This document shows positions 60,214 to 64,000 of a stretch of 64,000 bases of DNA, one piece after another. A program made the position numbers and the translations under genes. The notes under the pieces are model-generated. The model had not been told where the DNA came from. It was given only the letters and a program-made list of their open reading frames with translations, and made no database searches. The stretch is taken from contig NC_086097.1 of assembly GCF_963921235.1 (NCBI RefSeq), positions 80,354,001 through 80,418,000 of the forward strand, written 5' to 3'. Positions within the stretch are counted from its first letter, which is position 1, and each line of letters starts with the position of its first letter. Source of the DNA: Mobula hypostoma (lineage: Eukaryota).

Positions 60214-61077
60214 TAAAAAAAAGAAATTCTGCAGATGCTGGAAATCCAAAGCAACATACATAAAATGCTGGAGGAACTCAGCAGGTCAGGTAGCATTCAT
60301 GGAAATGTTGACATTTGGGGCCAAGACTGTTCTTCAGGATGGAGAGGAAAGAGAAGACAACAGAATAAAAAGGCAGGGGAAGGGGAAGAAGGATAGTTAG
60401 AAGATGATAAGTGAAGCCAGGTGGGTGGGAAAGGTAAAGAATTGTAGATGAAAGAAGCTAACAGGAAAGGAGAGTGGACCATTGGAGAAAGGGAATCAGG
60501 AGGGGTGCCATGGAGAGTTGATAGGCAGGTGATGAGAAGAAGTAAGAAGCCAGATGGGGAATAGGAGAAGAAGAGAGGAGGAGGAATTTTTGTTTACTGG
60601 AAAGAGAAATTGATATTTATAATCTGAATTAAAATGTTTGGCCACCAAGAAGTTCCCCTTTCGCTGGATGGAGCAGAGGTGCTTGACGAAGTGGTACCCC
60701 AATTTATGTTGGGTCTCACCAATGTAGAGGAGGCCACATCAGGAGCACCTGATACACTGGATGTTCCCAACCAATTCGCTGGTGAAGTGTTGTCTTACCA
60801 GGATCCTGAATAGTGGTAAGAGAGGGGGTAAATGGGTTGGTTGCTTGCAGGGGTATGTGCCAGAAGGGAGAATAGTGGAGAGGAGTGAATGGACAAGTGA
60901 ATAATGGAAGGAGTGATCCCTGTAGAAAGTGGAGATGGGGCAAGTAAAGACGCGTTTGGTGTTTGGATCCCTTTGGAGATGGCAAAAGTTGCGGAGAACA
61001 ATGTGTTGGATGCAGAGACTCTTGAAGTGGTAGGTAAGGACAAGAGATGTGGGCGAAGGCAGCGTCAATGGTGGCCT
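60214..61077 (-). mobile_element. Old Penelope-like element fragment
   Basis: LVLTYH..LCIQHIVLRNFCHLQRDP, GIY-YIG remnant and pLTR end; TSD CATGCCAGAA(C/T)CT at 60201-60213 and 61078-61090. Confidence 0.85.
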
Positions 61078-61423
61078 CATGCCAGAATCTAGTGATGCTT
61101 GAAAGATCATTATTAATGCCTCCACAATCTCTTCAGCTACTTCTTTCAGAACCCTGGGATGTTGTCTATCTGATCCAGGTGACTTATCTACCTTCGGACT
61201 TCTCTGCTTCGCAAGTACTTTCCCCTTAGTGTCACTTCTGCCTCCTGACACTGTTGATCTTCTGGCATACTGCTAGTGCCTTCCACAGTGAAGATGGATG
61301 CAATTTTAGTTCATCCGTCATTCTCTTGTCCCCCTTTACTACCTCTAGAGCATATGTACATTAAATACACCCAGGACATGACAAAAATAAATACAAATGG
61401 ATTAGAAAAGTAGTTTTTAAACG

Positions 61424-62625
61424 TTCATGACCGATTCAGTTTTTAAAGAATGGGATAGATTGGGTATTAAATGCTTCCAGGATTTGTTTGTTGGAGGAAG
61501 TCTTCTTTCTTTTGAGCAAATGTCAGCTAAATATATGTTACCCAAAACTCACTTTTTCATTATTTACAAATTAGAGACTTTCTACATTCTCAATTATATA
61601 CATTTCCTATAAGTTCCTATAAGGATTTATTAGATGTAATTTTTAATCTGAAACATTTTTATAATGGATCAATATCCAATATTTATGGTATGTTGCTAGG
61701 AATGAGAAATGTTCCTATAGACAAAATTAAAAATCTTTGGGAACAAGATTTACAGACTTCAATCTCCGAGGAAACTTGGAATGAAATTTTAAAATTGATC
61801 AACACTTCATCGTTATGTGCCCGTCATTCCCTCTCACAATTTAAAGTGGCTCATAGGGCTCACATGTCTAAAGATAAGCTATCTCATTTTTATTCGGATA
61901 AATCTCCTTTCTGTGATAGATGTAATAATGGAGTAGCTTCGTTAAATCATATGTTTTGGACATGTCCGAGCCTTGAAAAATATTGGAAGGAAGTATTTCA
62001 AACTTTCTCGGTACTTTTCAAGGTAAATTTTAAGCCTAACCCTTTGACGGAAATATTTGGTATTGTTGGAGGAAAAGACTTTATTTTGGAGACACCTGAT
62101 TTGCATATTGTGTTTTTTATTTCTCTTATAGCTAGGAGGGCGCTCTTGCTTAAATGGAAGGATGCTGTTCCGCCTACTCTTGCTCAATGGTGACGTGATG
62201 TTATGTCATGCTTAAGTTTAGAGAAGATCTGTTGCTCAGTTTTTGAATCTAGCCAAGACTTTTATACATTGTGGGGACCATTTTTGAGTTATTTTCAAAA
62301 CCTTTGATTTTTTGTAAAAGTACGGATGGTGGCTAATAATACACTTACTATATGATAAGGGTTTCCCCCCCTTTTTTCTTGCTTTTCCTAACAGCTCTGA
62401 CTTTGGTAGTGGGTTTAGATTTTTTTCTGCATAACAAAATTATTATATTTCAATATTACAATTTAATCTAATTTTTTATGAATACAGGGTATTGTGATTG
62501 TGAATGTATTTTTATTATAATGTATTTGGTACTATTTTATTTTTTTCTTTTGACTTATAATATATATCTCCTTGGACACTATATTCCTTTATGCAGTGAC
62601 TAATAAAATTATTGAAAGAGAAAAG
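61424..62625 (+). mobile_element. L1/Tx1-group LINE 3' fragment (ORF2 C-terminus)
   Basis: FKEWDRLGIKCFQDLF, KNLWEQDL, QFKVAHR and CDRC....SLNHMFWTC (CCHC); T-rich 3' UTR, AATAAA and A-rich tail. Confidence 0.85.
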
Positions 62626-63284
62626 TAGTAAAAAACAATTAAGAAAGCAAAAGAAACTGAAACTAATTATCAAGGAATGCAAAATGAAGTAATAAAATAT
62701 TTGCCAGACACATTAATAAAAATGAGGAAGGCTGTAATGGGAATGTAGCGATTAACTAACAAGCAGGACAACAGATCTGTTAATGATAAGGAAATGGGAG
62801 GAATATTAAATCATTACTCTGCTCCAGCATTCACAAGGGGTATAAAACAGGGGGACATGTAAAAAGAAATAAACATTTAACATAGGAAAAGTTGATTCAG
62901 TGGATAAACCAATCAACACAAGTAGTATAAAACCTCTGGTTTAATTGAATTATTCCCATTAAGCTTGAAGGAATCTAGGGATAATATAGCAGAAACGTAA
63001 TACATATGAGATTGTAGTGCCAAGAAACTTATGGATAGCCAACATAATACCCACACTTCAGATGGATCAGGGACAGAACTTAATCATGGATTATAAACCA
63101 AAAAATTTAATATCAGTGCCAAGAAATACATTGGAATCCCTGTTAGAGGAGAGAATAAAATCATAAGACCAAAAGCATAACAATGAATAGTTGGTTAGAG
63201 AAAATCTTGACTAAGCTTATTGAATTTTTGAGGAGGTAGCTCTGTCAATGATGGTAATGCAGTTGATTTCCCTTCAATTCAGCC

Positions 63285-63680
63285 CTCTTCTTCACTTTTG
63301 AAATTTCCTTAAGTCAAGGGCAATTTGCTTCCACTTTGGTTTAATGGATTCTGAGGTCTGGCCAAAGCAGAAACCACAGATTCTTCCATGGAAGGGGCAG
63401 CGGATGGCTGACAAGACAGATGCAAAAGTAGTTTGTGAGGTGGCACACCACTTCTCCTGCTTAGACAGGGCTTCTATCTGTTTCTGATGCATTGACTTGA
63501 GGTTGTCTATACTATCCATAATGCTCCTTCTCTACTTTGGAAGATCATGGGCTAGGGATTCCAAAGAGGCAGTTGTGATTGTGCAATTTTCAAGGAGGCT
63601 TTGAGCATATCCTTGAATATTTTCCTCTGCTTGCCACATTCCATGTTAGAGCTTGGAATAGAGCATCTGCTTTGGAAGAT
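63285..63680 (-). mobile_element. Old RTE 3' fragment
   Basis: CPFHGRICGFCFGQTS resembles the RTE C-terminal zinc motif; FKDMLKASL-like remnant near 63595-63620. Confidence 0.55.
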
Positions 63681-64000
63681 TGGTGCCAGACATACAGCAT
63701 GTGGCATAGCCTTCCCAATCCAGTTGACCAAATTTTACTGAAGTTCAAATTCTTTGCTTTTATCATTTGCTTTGGATTAGCAGATTTTATTGAGACAGAT
63801 TGACTTAAATTTTGATGTGCTCTACAGGTTTATTTTTGCAACAAGTACTGAGATACAGTGAAAAAATTTGTTTTGCATGCCATCCGTAGAGATCATTTCA
63901 AAGTAATACAGTGGAAAAGCAAAGACAGAATGAAGAAGTTTGGTAATTGGTTATTATAGCCATAGGTAAAAAGGTATGGTGATAACCTTTGTTTTTGTAT

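Larger units (their letters stand above)
55915..61345 (-). mobile_element. Degenerate CR1 (55915-56269, 59122-60213, 61078-61345) hosting a hAT and a Penelope insertion
   Basis: CR1 sequence resumes across both insertions; KSCLTNLLEFFED, LDFQKAYDKV and DKSPGSD. Confidence 0.85.

Overview
This 64-kb window is eukaryotic, vertebrate-type intronic or intergenic DNA made up mostly of nested transposable elements. No host gene, rRNA, tRNA or CRISPR array can be supported. The repeat mix (CR1 LINEs, an HE1/V-type SINE, Rex1/Babar, RTE, Penelope-like elements, Gypsy LTR elements, Buster hAT, Tc1 MITE, L1/Tx1) points by inference to a cartilaginous fish, probably a ray. Three observations stand out. 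(1) A 52-nt, P4-less HDV-like ribozyme fold sits exactly at the 5' end of a Vingi/Ingi-type non-LTR element (2753-2804, minus), and its core closely resembles the mammalian CPEB3 ribozyme. (2) Minimal type I hammerhead ribozymes occur in Penelope-like element ends, including a 136-bp ribozyme-bearing insertion with a 12-bp TSD. (3) A young Gmr1-type LTR element (11185-16922, TSD CAGT) has a Gag-protease-truncated-Pol reading frame that rejoins into one uninterrupted ORF of about 995 aa once a Penelope insertion is removed. All family names come from motif recognition by eye, not from database searches, and boundaries without a TSD are approximate.
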